A stretch of 64,000 bases of DNA from Oceanispirochaeta sp. (GTDB lineage Bacteria; Spirochaetota; Spirochaetia; DSM-2461), in the NCBI GenBank assembly GCA_963666275.2, contig CAXXOA010000002.1, positions 2,080,001 to 2,144,000 of the forward strand. The letters are read 5' to 3'. This document shows positions 30,707-39,660 of this stretch, in pieces. The notes under the pieces were generated by a model. That model made no database searches. It was not told where the DNA came from and saw only the letters and a program-made list of their open reading frames with translations. Each line of letters starts with the position of its first letter. Position 1 is the stretch's first letter. The translations under genes and the position numbers were made by a program.

Positions 30707-31215
30707 ATCCAGACCTTTCTGATCGCCTGCTCCATGGGCCCTTTTATAAGCTCTCCCGCCCTTTTGGAGTGAATGGTGCTGCACAGATACCAGTGAACCG
30801 TTAAATGGTCATCGTTCAGATCCAGGGTCATGGTTCCGGGTGTCAGAGTGATTCCGTTGGACAGAATCATCCGGGCCATGTCGGATCTCAGTCTGGTTCT
30901 GAAATGCACAATCCGGGGATTGGCATCCTTTTTTATCATGGAGATCAGCATCTGAACGCTGGCGGCATAGAGCTGGAAGATCAGGAAAAAGAAGAACCTG
31001 ATAAAGTTCAGAGGCCGGGGCAGGAAGGCATGCCGGGATGCTTCATGCATGGGGATAAAGACTCTGTAGGTAATGAGAGCTATGGCCAGAGATCCTGTAA
31101 GACCCGCCAGGAGCGAAAAGGAATCCAGTCTGAAAGTAAACAGAAGCCATATACCGAAAAGGATCGTAAAGGTAATGAGAATCCTGGTGAGGGACCAGAT
31201 CACATGGGTGCGCAA
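30703..31215 (-). CDS. mrpE: Mrp antiporter subunit E
   Basis: PRIV...LSNGITLTPGTMTLD...VHW. Confidence 0.9.
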   Translation of the reverse strand: MRTHVIWSLTRILITFTILFGIWLLFTFRLDSFSLLAGLTGSLAIALITYRVFIPMHEASRHAFLPRPLNFIRFFFFLIFQLYAASVQMLISMIKKDANPRIVHFRTRLRSDMARMILSNGITLTPGTMTLDLNDDHLTVHWYLCSTIHSKRAGELIKGPMEQAIRKVWI

Positions 31216-31216
31216 A

Positions 31217-31675
31217 CTATTCCTCCCGCTTTTTAATAAGCTCCAGGAATTCCCCGGCCGATCCGGCCTGTTCCAGGGTTGAGCGGAAATCGCTGCTGCT
31301 GAGGATCCGGGCCAGTTTTGAAAGCAGTTTAAGGTGCTTCGCCGCCAGAGCGGAAGGACCGGCGATAAAAAAGATGATTTTGGCCGGTTTACCGTCAGCT
31401 GCCTGAAAGTCTATGCCCTTGTCCAGAACTGCCGCTGCAATGGTTGTTTTCTCCATGGAGCTGCTCTGGGCATGGGGGATGGCACAGCCGTTATCCAGCC
31501 CTGTGGTGGAAAGGCTTTCCCGGCTCATCACATCCCGGAAAAGGCTTTCCTCATCGGAGCACTTTCCCGACGCCCCCAGAGCGGCAATCAGCTCTTTAAT
31601 AAGCTCTTCCTTATCTTTCACTTCGGGGTGTATCAGAATACATTCGGGGGATAAAAGCGAATGGATTGTGATCAT
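31217..31675 (-). CDS. PTS EIIA (Fru/Ntr-type) domain protein
   Basis: RESLSTTGLDNGCAIPHA (phospho-His), HLKLLSKLAR. Confidence 0.9.
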   Translation of the reverse strand: MITIHSLLSPECILIHPEVKDKEELIKELIAALGASGKCSDEESLFRDVMSRESLSTTGLDNGCAIPHAQSSSMEKTTIAAAVLDKGIDFQAADGKPAKIIFFIAGPSALAAKHLKLLSKLARILSSSDFRSTLEQAGSAGEFLELIKKREE

Positions 31676-31676
31676 A

Positions 31677-32024
31677 TTATATCTCCTCCTCTTCGGGTAC
31701 GAGCCCGGCGGCCCAGTCTACCGGTACAGTAAACATTATACCTGTTCCTGGTTTTTCAAGGCCTCCGACGACTTCGTCTACAAGCTTTTTCACATCTTCG
31801 ATGATCTCTTCATTTCGGATGACTGAGATTATTGTTTTGTTGTAGGGTCTGTTCCCTTTCATAAACTCTCTGAACCCCGCAAAAAGAGGAACGTCGTAGG
31901 CAAGGAATCTTCCCATACCTTCTGAATCCAGAATCGTTGATCCTGCAACCCCGGCTTCCGCATAGGCACTGAGGACTTTTTCAAGATACTCTTCATTATT
32001 GAGAATAAATACCAGAAGTTTCAT
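31677..32024 (-). CDS. PII-like signalling protein
   Basis: 115 aa; GVAGSTILDSEGMG and PGTGIMFTVPV match the PII fold pattern. Confidence 0.8.
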   Translation of the reverse strand: MKLLVFILNNEEYLEKVLSAYAEAGVAGSTILDSEGMGRFLAYDVPLFAGFREFMKGNRPYNKTIISVIRNEEIIEDVKKLVDEVVGGLEKPGTGIMFTVPVDWAAGLVPEEEEI

Positions 32025-32174
32025 TCAATACTCCGGAGAAATTATTACATTTCTGATAGTACATATAATCAGGTAAATCAGTTTTATTGTCAAATTCAAA
32101 AATTGAACAGGCTCCCGGGAATAACGGGTTCTCTTCCCTTTCTTAGTTCTGCCCCGGTATGTTAAGATCCCTTT

Positions 32175-32369
32175 ATGGATGGAAAAACACGCGCTAATAT
32201 CAAACCGGGCCTGAAAGTGGCCATAGTACTGAAAAAAGATCAGAGAACCGGAACACTGACCGAAGGTGTGGTGGCTGATCTGCTGACCAATTCTCCCCAT
32301 CATCCCCATGGGATCAAAGTTCGTCTTCAGGACGGTCAGGTCGGAAGGGTTCAGAAGATCCTCTCCTGA
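32175..32369 (+). CDS. YwbE/DUF2196 family protein
   Basis: VLKKDQRTG.LTEG.V..LLT.S..HPHGIKVRL.DGQVGRV. Confidence 0.9.
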   Translation: MDGKTRANIKPGLKVAIVLKKDQRTGTLTEGVVADLLTNSPHHPHGIKVRLQDGQVGRVQKILS

Positions 32370-32417
32370 GGACTGTTCTCTATAAAATCAAATAAATTTA
32401 AATGACAGGATCAGTAT

Positions 32418-32963
32418 ATGAAAATAATGGTAATTTCTGATATTCACGGCAAGCTGCCGGCTCTGGAGAAAGCACTGGATATCTATAAAAAGGGAAATTT
32501 TCAGAAGCTTTTTATCCTGGGTGACCTTATGTATCACGGTCCCCGGAATCCTATCCCGGAAGGGTATGATCCCGCCGGGGTTGCAGCGCGGCTGAATCCT
32601 CTGAAAGAGGAGATCCTGGCAATCCGGGGCAACTGTGACAGCGAGGTGGATCAGATGCTTCTGGAATTCCCCGTGCTGGCCGATTCGGCCCAGTTCGCCT
32701 GGGACAAGAGACGTTTTGTTCTTACCCACGGTCATCTGGATGCCTCCCGGGTTCTGCCGCCTCTTTATGGGGAGGTTCGTCTGACCGGGCATACCCATAT
32801 ACCGGTACTGGAGGTCAAAGAGGGGGTCTGTTATTTCAATCCCGGATCAGTCTCTCTGCCCAAGGGGGGATTCACCGCCTCTTTCGGTATCATTGAAGAG
32901 GATCAGTATTCGGTCTGTCTTCTGGACTCGCAGGAACTTCTCTTCTCCCTGAGCCGGGAATGA
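32418..32963 (+). CDS. yfcE: YfcE-family metallophosphoesterase (phosphodiesterase)
   Basis: SDIHG, GDLMYHGPRN, RGNCD, THGH, GHTH, NPGS. Confidence 0.9.
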   Translation: MKIMVISDIHGKLPALEKALDIYKKGNFQKLFILGDLMYHGPRNPIPEGYDPAGVAARLNPLKEEILAIRGNCDSEVDQMLLEFPVLADSAQFAWDKRRFVLTHGHLDASRVLPPLYGEVRLTGHTHIPVLEVKEGVCYFNPGSVSLPKGGFTASFGIIEEDQYSVCLLDSQELLFSLSRE

Positions 32964-32976
32964 TGGTTCGGGGGTT

Positions 32977-33846
32977 ATGAAAAGGGTATTCATTAAACTC
33001 ATTCCCTCTCCTCTTCTGCTTATGATCCTCTTCTCGAGTATCCCTCTTTTCGGTCTGAACAGCCCTGTCTCTTTGAAGGTCTGTGCCTTTCAGACGGTTC
33101 TGGACCCCTCGGAATATGCTGATTTCACGACCTATACGGAAAGTCTGGCCCAGCTGGTTTATGACCATCCCGGCCAGGATCTCTATGTATTTCCCGAATA
33201 CACCAGTGCTGTGGCTTTTACCTCTTTTCTGACTCCCCCCGGAAGAATAGATCCCGTTTTTCTGGCGGAAAATCTGAAAAACTGGAATCGAAGAATTCAG
33301 GCGTTCTGGGAAGAACTTGCTTCTGAAACCGGCAGCTATATACTGGCAGGTACAACCCTGGCGGTGGAAAAGGGGAGGCTCTACAACAGAGCCTGGGTTT
33401 TTTCTCCCCCTGGGCTCTTCCATACTCAGGACAAAGCTTTTCTGGGGGATCCGGAAATACTTCTGGGACTGACTCCAGGAAGTCAGGAGCTGATAAAACC
33501 CTTCCGGATCAATGGGATAGAGATAGCACTGACAGTCTGCCGGGATACCTACAACCCTGTCTGGAACAGCCAGTTCGAAAACATTGATCTGTGGATAGAT
33601 ATCAAAGGGAACGAACTGGCCTATACCAGAGAGTATTTTGATCAGGCCCTGCCTGCCAGACTGCGGGAGTATCCCGGGAATCCTCTGGGGCTGACTCTCT
33701 GCGTTACCGGCCCCTGGCTGGACTTTACCTTCAGCGGGATTTCCTCCCTGATCCGCGGGGATCAGACTCTTCTGGAGACAGAGTCGCCCTATAAAGCGGG
33801 GGTGCTTGTATTTACTGTTTTTCCGGGAGGGGGGACGGAGGAATAA
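32977..33846 (+). CDS. Carbon-nitrogen hydrolase family protein (exported)
   Basis: E-K-C triad in VFPEY, QDK, VCRD; hydrophobic N-terminus; 3' end lies inside a repeat. Confidence 0.8.
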   Translation: MKRVFIKLIPSPLLLMILFSSIPLFGLNSPVSLKVCAFQTVLDPSEYADFTTYTESLAQLVYDHPGQDLYVFPEYTSAVAFTSFLTPPGRIDPVFLAENLKNWNRRIQAFWEELASETGSYILAGTTLAVEKGRLYNRAWVFSPPGLFHTQDKAFLGDPEILLGLTPGSQELIKPFRINGIEIALTVCRDTYNPVWNSQFENIDLWIDIKGNELAYTREYFDQALPARLREYPGNPLGLTLCVTGPWLDFTFSGISSLIRGDQTLLETESPYKAGVLVFTVFPGGGTEE

Positions 33847-33897
33847 GATAGGGGGACGGAGGAATAAGAAAAGGGAATAGGAGTAGGGACGGAGGTT
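33830..33897 (+). repeat. Cluster of GGGACGGAGG repeats (REP-like)
   Basis: GGGGGACGGAGGAATAAGA twice (33830, 33851) and TAGGGACGGAGGTT (33884-33897). Confidence 0.85.
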
Positions 33898-34763
33898 GGA
33901 ACAATTCAAATCTGTCTTCACATTTGTGTTAAAAGTCTTCTTTATGACAATTATGACTCATCTGTGTTACTGATCTTTCCTGATAGAGGGGAAATGTATG
34001 CGGTATGTGATGCCTGGATTGGATTACTCCGTAGAAAATACTGAATTAATGCTTTTTTGCTGGTACTGGAGTCAATTCTCGACAGAATGGGTTGTTATTG
34101 GGACGTAGTTTTCCCTTATTACCATTTTTCAGGAAACATTCTTTATGAAGGGATGATCAGACTATCAAAAAATGTGTGCTGAATGACTAAATTATCAACC
34201 GAATAGTTCCATTAACCAGTCATCAGGCTGATTCAGCAGCCTGAATCGCTTCTTTTTCAGTTCATGTATGCCGCTGTAGATATAATCCCGGGGATTTTCA
34301 CACATTCCGGCTTTAACAGGATTATTGGAAATGTAGTTGAATGTGTTGATCCACTGCAGGAATGTCCGGACAATTTTGCTTTTAAAGCGGTCATACCAGA
34401 CATGACCTTTGTATCCCATCATTTTATTAAACCGTATGGCAAAGACCGACAGGATCCACTGCATCATAGGGGATAGCCTTGTTCCATGCATGGGTTCTAC
34501 AAGCATGTGGATATGATTACTCATTACAGAATAATTAGTTACTTTAAAATTGTAGCTCTCTTTAGCTTCATCTACAACGCTGCAGAACAGTTCTTTTACT
34601 TCGTCTGAATCAAAAATGAATTCCCCTCTGTTGGTTCTGGCTGTTACGTGATAGGTTGCACCCTGCTGGGTTAATCTTGGTTTTCTCATATCTGGTATTA
34701 CTGAAAGAACGAACATGATCCTTCAAAAAAAGAAAAGATTTTTTCCATAAACCTCCGTCCCTA
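33884..34763 (-). mobile_element. RAYT/Y1 transposase element bounded by 14-bp perfect inverted repeats
   Basis: TAGGGACGGAGGTT (33884) ... AACCTCCGTCCCTA (34750-34763) around a HUH transposase. Confidence 0.7.
34195..34689 (-). CDS. REP-associated tyrosine transposase (Y1_Tnp, IS200-like)
   Basis: YHVTARTN, MSNHIHML (HUH), WYDRFKS, YISNNPVKAG (catalytic Tyr), DYIYS. Confidence 0.88.
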   Translation of the reverse strand: MRKPRLTQQGATYHVTARTNRGEFIFDSDEVKELFCSVVDEAKESYNFKVTNYSVMSNHIHMLVEPMHGTRLSPMMQWILSVFAIRFNKMMGYKGHVWYDRFKSKIVRTFLQWINTFNYISNNPVKAGMCENPRDYIYSGIHELKKKRFRLLNQPDDWLMELFG

Positions 34764-34849
34764 TAAGGTATTATTAAACAGTCATGTTTTATATTGATAA
34801 AAATGATCAACTATGACACTATAAAGTATTCCCATTAGTGGAGTACAAA

Positions 34850-35878
34850 ATGAAACTTCTCCTTAGAATCCTGATTCCGGATATATTCTTATACTCGCGT
34901 CTGGTTGTTCTCTTTTCAAAGATGAATTATTTGATGAATATACAGTTACCTACTATGACAATTATGCAGATGCCGGCCCCCCCCACCTCAGCAGGTAAAG
35001 GCAGAAGGTAAAAAGATTACCCTTGAAACAAATGCCGGAGGACTTACGCGTTACGGGTATTATTATGTTGGATGGAATACAAAATTGGATGGTAGTGGTA
35101 CAGATTATATGGAAGGGGAGGAGTATTCTGAGGATGAAGACCTGGTTCTCTTTGCAAAATGGTCCGATGTTCCTGCCTATTCTATCACTTACGACTGGAA
35201 TGATGCGGATCTGGGATCGGCTCCGACCAGTCAGCTTAAATATCAGGATGAATCTGTTCAGATAGCAGACAACACAGGGCAGCTGGGAAAATATGACTTT
35301 ACCTTTGCAGGATGGAATACTGCCGCTGATGGGAGTGGTACGGATTATGCTCCGGGAGTTTCCTATTCGGGCAATGCTGATCTGACACTGTTTGCCCGTT
35401 GGGCACCGAGTATTATCACTGATGTAATTGCTTCAGGCGATTATTCATTGATACTTAAAAACGATGGTTCTGTATGGTTGCTTGGTAATAATTATTTCAC
35501 TAGTACTGTAGGAGCAGTTACTGTCAGCTGGACTCCACTGAAAATATTATATAGTAAGGGGGCTGCAATAACTACAGGAGGAGGCTCTTCATTTGTATTC
35601 AGACCAGATGGTACTGTCTGGGCAGGGGGAAGAAATTCATACGGCCAATTAGGTTCTGGGCTCGATGGAACACTTCCCTGAGGTGGTATCAGTAGTACCT
35701 ACAGAAATGAATTTTCTCAAATTCCTATCTCGAATCTAATTTCCATAGCATCAGGGAGCGTTCATTCTTTATTTTTGAAAACTGATGGTTCTGTTTGGGG
35801 TATGGGATACAATCTGACTGGCCAATTGGGATATCAGGAGACTCAGTGTATATACTCTCCAATACAAATTCTGCCCTA
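34850..35878 (+). pseudogene. Lipoprotein with InlB B (Listeria-Bacteroides) repeats and RCC1 repeats, disrupted
   Basis: Lipobox LASG-C; two GWNT..DGSGTDY...LFA.W repeats; RCC1 motifs DGSVW..G.N..GQLG. Frameshifts near 34880 and in C8 (34977-34984); in-frame TGA at 35679. Confidence 0.75.
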
Positions 35879-35900
35879 AGATATCTTTATCTATACCAAT

Positions 35901-35938
35901 AAAAAGTGCCGGCTCCTTTATCTAGGAAGCCGGCATTT
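35901..35938 (-). terminator. Rho-independent terminator of purC (possibly bidirectional)
   Basis: AAAAAGTGCCGGCT-CCT...AGGAAGCCGGCATTT. Confidence 0.7.
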
Positions 35939-35983
35939 CCTTATTACTTTATATTCTCTCATGATAATTATTAATTGAACCAA

Positions 35984-37072
35984 TCAACCAATCAGATCCA
36001 GCTCCGCCAGAGCCTGGGTAATCTCCTGTTTCGGATTATCACTCAGAAGAAGCGTCTTCCCTGTAATCTTTTCGGCCAGATCGATATACAGGCGGCTCAC
36101 TTCCATCATCTGTTCATCCTTCAGTCGGAAAGTGGCGGCCAGTTCCTTCCTCTCAACCATTCTGTCTTTGTTCAGAAGCACGTCCTTGTCAGGTACGCTG
36201 GCCTGGAGCATCTCCCGGAAAAACTCTTTCGAATCCTCCCGGATCTCTCCCTTTTCATAGAGGGCTTTGTCCCAGTAGCGGGAGGAGTCGGGGGTGCCGA
36301 TTTCATCGATATAGATCATTTCAGTTTTATCCCCTTCGCCGATGAAGCCGAACTCGAATTTGGTGTCTACGAAGACTTTTCCAATCTTGTCCAGTTCCCG
36401 GGAAATCAGGTTAAATCCTTCGGTCAGAAGGGTTTCATAGCGATCAACATCTTCGGCATTCCGGAAGTTGAATACTCCCAGATTGTTCAGGATCTGATCC
36501 TTGGTGATATTCACATCATCAATTTCGGGAATCCCTTCCACTCCGGTAACGATACCTTTGGTAGAGGGGGTAATCAGGAGCTCATCCAGCTTCTGGTTCC
36601 GTTTGAGTCCCTCCGGCAGAGTAATGCCGCAGATCTCCCGGTCCCCCTTTTCGTAGGACCGCCACATACTGCCTGTAATGTACTGCCGGGCAATGGCTTC
36701 GACCATCACAGGCCGGGCCTTTCTGACAACCCAGACCAGAGGGTGGGGGACATCTACAATATGGTTTCCCGCCAGGCCTTCTTCTTCAAAACGGGTAAAC
36801 CAGTAGTGGGCTATGGCATTCAGGGCAGCGCCTTTGCCGGGAATCCCTTTCAGTCCTCCCTCGCTCTGCCAGATACACTCATAGGCGGAGATCCTGTCGC
36901 TGATAACCATAACCGCCAGTTCTTCCTGACCCAGGCCGTAACGGGCACAGAGCCGTTTGTTATCTTCCTCTGTCAGCCAGTAGACTGAACGAACCTTGCC
37001 GGAATGAACGTTTCCTGCATGTTTTATGGGTAGGTCGTCAGTTTTTACAAGTGCTTTTTCGGTTATTGCCAT
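35984..37072 (-). CDS. purC: Phosphoribosylaminoimidazolesuccinocarboxamide (SAICAR) synthase, long type
   Basis: HSGKVRSVY, SDRISAY, ITPSTK, VDTKFEFG, DEIGTPDSSRYW. Confidence 0.95.
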   Translation of the reverse strand: MAITEKALVKTDDLPIKHAGNVHSGKVRSVYWLTEEDNKRLCARYGLGQEELAVMVISDRISAYECIWQSEGGLKGIPGKGAALNAIAHYWFTRFEEEGLAGNHIVDVPHPLVWVVRKARPVMVEAIARQYITGSMWRSYEKGDREICGITLPEGLKRNQKLDELLITPSTKGIVTGVEGIPEIDDVNITKDQILNNLGVFNFRNAEDVDRYETLLTEGFNLISRELDKIGKVFVDTKFEFGFIGEGDKTEMIYIDEIGTPDSSRYWDKALYEKGEIREDSKEFFREMLQASVPDKDVLLNKDRMVERKELAATFRLKDEQMMEVSRLYIDLAEKITGKTLLLSDNPKQEITQALAELDLIG

Positions 37073-37344
37073 TGATTATCCCCCGATTCATGTACTGTTT
37101 TGCATTATCTATTTACAGGTAAATCCCTGTTCCCAGGTTTTTACTGCTATTTTGTTTCTCCTTTATAGTACTTGTCAGACAACATTTTCAATAGTCCCGG
37201 GCGGAAAATCCAGGGGAAATCCCGAAGGATCCTGTAACCTCGGCCTAATTCGTACGTTTATTATCATATATCCGGTTCTAGTCGTTTTGAGACTATCTTC
37301 CGAAAGTGACTTTGAGAATTATGAATAAATGAAACATTCCCCCA

Positions 37345-37470
37345 ATGAGCAGAACCATACTGATGTCTCTTATCCTATTATCCAGTGTTTCCATTCTGAA
37401 TGCTGAAGAATCCTCCGTCCTCATTGAAAACCTGGAGGAACAACAATCAGAACAATCCTCCGTCCCCTGA
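37345..37470 (+). pseudogene. Short signal-peptide-bearing ORF or remnant ending in a repeat
   Basis: MSRTILMSLILLSSVSILNA-EESSVLIENLEEQQSEQSSVP*; the stop follows a CCTCCGTCCCC repeat. Confidence 0.4.
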
Positions 37471-37510
37471 TGCGCGCCTCCTGGCTTCCGATGGATAATC
37501 CTCCGTCCCC
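37409..37510 (-). repeat. Three further copies of the (GG)GGACGGAGG repeat
   Basis: AATCCTCCGTCC at 37409; AATCCTCCGTCCCC at 37454 and 37497. Confidence 0.8.
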
Positions 37511-37532
37511 GGGCAGGGAATACTGTCAGTTT

Positions 37533-37571
37533 AAAAAAAGGGCCGCTGCAGATATCATCCGCAACAGCCCT
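37533..37571 (-). terminator. Rho-independent terminator of the flavoprotein gene
   Basis: Minus strand AGGGCUGUUGCGGA-loop-UCUGCAGCGGCCC followed by a U run. Confidence 0.8.
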
Positions 37572-37605
37572 GTTATTTATAGGTCAGCTTTCAGCTGAAG
37601 AGATT

Positions 37606-39558
37606 CTAGAGTCCTGCGGAAGCGCTGGCTCCGGCAATCCGTCCGAATACCATGGTATCGGGAATGGCATTACCGCCCACGCGGTTACCTGCATGGATAC
37701 CTCCAGTGACTTCTCCGGCTGCATAGAACCCGGGGATCGGATTTCCCTCTGAATCCAGGACCTGAGCATCCTTGTTGATTCTCAGACCGCCCATGGTGTG
37801 GTGGATACTGGGTTTCCGGGGAGTCGCCCAGAAGGGGCCCTCGTCGATTTTCTGACCCAGTTTGACTTTGCCGAAATCTTTATCCGCTCCGGCATCGCAG
37901 AAGGCGTTATACTTTTCGATTTCCGCAACGAATACTTCCGGGTCGGCGCCGAACTGTACCGCCAGGTCTTCCAGGGTGTCTGCTTTGTAGATGCTGTGAT
38001 CCTTGAGAAGTTCATCGATGGAGTTGCCCCAGATATTCTGGCCGCCCAGCTGGGGATCACCGGAAGACGCCTGGTCTCCTACAATCCAGAACATACCATC
38101 GGTCTGATTCAGTGCTGCCTTGGCAAGAACGTCCCGGCTTTCGTATTCAGAGACAAAGCGTTTTCCCTCTTTGTTGACAAAAACCTGATCGTCCGCGCTT
38201 CCCCAGACTCCTCCGCCCAGAGATCCTGTGGTGGGGTGGGAGCTGGGCATGAGCTGAATGTAACCCATTCCAACAAGGTCGGCTCCGATCTCTTTACCCA
38301 TGACAATTCCGTCACCTGTTGCCAGGGCTGTGTTAGTGGTGGGCATATCCGGGGTCAGACAGTCCCAGTAGTTATCGTATTCCATGGCCATCTCAGGATT
38401 GGCTCCGTAACCACCGGTGGCCATGACCACTCCCTTTATGGCTGTGAGTATGACTTTGGTTCCGTCGGTTTTTTCAGCAAGAACACCCGTAACCCGGCCG
38501 TTTTCCACAACCAGTTTCTGAGCTTTCGTCTCCAGCATAATGTCGACGTCAAATTTTTTGGAGGCATTGTCCAGGGGAACAATGAATCCGTGACCTACCG
38601 TAGAGCTCAGAGAGTGCATACGGGGCCAGAGGCCTCCCAGTACAGTACTGATGGAGTCCAGGATGTCTGTGTTGTCATCATAGGAAACCAGCCATTCCAG
38701 AGAGTCCAGGGCCCGGGAGGTCAGGGTCCGAACCAGCTCATAATCCCCGTGTATTTCGCTTCCGTCCAGTCCGGTTCTTTTTCCCGCCTTGTAGGTCTGG
38801 AAGATATGGAGTTCCACACTGTCGAAAAGAAGGGATGTATCACCTTTCAGGTAGTCGCTGATCTGGGTTTTAAGAACAGCCAGACTGGGACGGAAATCCG
38901 CATCAATGGTAGATTCGTCGATGGTCAGAATCCTTTTGAGTTCAGTGATCTGGGAAGGATCCATGGGAACTGATTTCTGGCGTACAGGGTCGGCACAGTT
39001 GTAGGCGCCGCCCGCACGGATCGTATTGCCTCCCAGGGCTGATCCTTTTTCAATCAGGATTACTTCCGAACCGTTGGTCACCGCACTCAGGGCCGCAGCC
39101 AGACCGGCACCGCCGCCGCCGATAATGATAACATCAGCTGTTTTTTCAATATCCTGACCGGCTTTCACGGCAGCTGCCGCTTTGGTCATCAGGGCTTCCA
39201 CGTCTCCGCCGGCCTGTTTTACACAGTCCGCAACGGCTTCAATCACAGCCTTGCTTGAATTGGTGGCTCCGCTGACGGTATCCACATTCAAAGTCTGCCC
39301 CGCAACGATCTGTTCGGGGATTTTTACAAGGGCCGGATCGGCAATACCCGGAGTCTCATGATTTTCTCCCACAGAGATAGATTTGATGGCATCATCTGTG
39401 AAAACCACAGTGACGGGAACCATCCCTCCGTTTCCCATTTTCTCAGCCGTATAGCTTCCGGCTTTATAGACGCCGCTCTGTCCTTTTGAACAGCCCGCCG
39501 TGGTCAGCAGCAGAGCCGCTGTCAAGATCAGAGACAGCAGTTTTATACCCTTTTTCAT
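37606..39558 (-). CDS. urdA: Lipoprotein flavocytochrome-c-type reductase with FMN-binding domain, urocanate reductase-like
   Basis: Lipobox TTAG-C; FMNylation motif DTVSGATNSS; GGGGAG; IQLMP, SRD, HHTMGG, GNRVGGNA. The family call is firm; the substrate is inferred. Confidence 0.65.
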   Translation of the reverse strand: MKKGIKLLSLILTAALLLTTAGCSKGQSGVYKAGSYTAEKMGNGGMVPVTVVFTDDAIKSISVGENHETPGIADPALVKIPEQIVAGQTLNVDTVSGATNSSKAVIEAVADCVKQAGGDVEALMTKAAAAVKAGQDIEKTADVIIIGGGGAGLAAALSAVTNGSEVILIEKGSALGGNTIRAGGAYNCADPVRQKSVPMDPSQITELKRILTIDESTIDADFRPSLAVLKTQISDYLKGDTSLLFDSVELHIFQTYKAGKRTGLDGSEIHGDYELVRTLTSRALDSLEWLVSYDDNTDILDSISTVLGGLWPRMHSLSSTVGHGFIVPLDNASKKFDVDIMLETKAQKLVVENGRVTGVLAEKTDGTKVILTAIKGVVMATGGYGANPEMAMEYDNYWDCLTPDMPTTNTALATGDGIVMGKEIGADLVGMGYIQLMPSSHPTTGSLGGGVWGSADDQVFVNKEGKRFVSEYESRDVLAKAALNQTDGMFWIVGDQASSGDPQLGGQNIWGNSIDELLKDHSIYKADTLEDLAVQFGADPEVFVAEIEKYNAFCDAGADKDFGKVKLGQKIDEGPFWATPRKPSIHHTMGGLRINKDAQVLDSEGNPIPGFYAAGEVTGGIHAGNRVGGNAIPDTMVFGRIAGASASAGL

Positions 39559-39630
39559 AGCATCCTCCTAAAGATGATTATTCGGTATTGTAGTATCGAT
39601 AAATTATTATCATAGAAGGAGCCTGCGGTC

Positions 39631-39646
39631 TGTGGTGTGCGCTACA
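39631..39646 (-). promoter_or_regulatory. Crp/Fnr-type binding site upstream of the urdA-like gene
   Basis: TGTGG-N6-CTACA dyad, upstream of a -10-like TATGATAAT on the minus strand; adjacent to the Crp gene. Confidence 0.5.
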
Positions 39647-39660
39647 TAAAAGAAGATTTA

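Noticed and set aside
27062..31215. Membrane-bound hydrogenase (Mbh/Ech/Hyf)
   Set aside because: No NiFe large or small subunit, NuoH-like or Fe-S subunits in the operon
33830..33897. CRISPR array
   Set aside because: Only 2-3 short units with 2-14 bp between them, no spacers of regular length and no cas genes
33995..34110. Small ORF downstream of the transposase
   Set aside because: About 36 codons, no recognisable motif, no independent support
35679..35681. In-frame TGA as selenocysteine (selD is in the window)
   Set aside because: It lies in an RCC1 linker with no redox-Cys context or evident SECIS hairpin, and the gene has other lesions; a nonsense mutation is more likely
37073..37330. 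Purine or ZTP riboswitch upstream of purC
   Set aside because: Only fragmentary resemblance; the conserved core motifs are not recognisable
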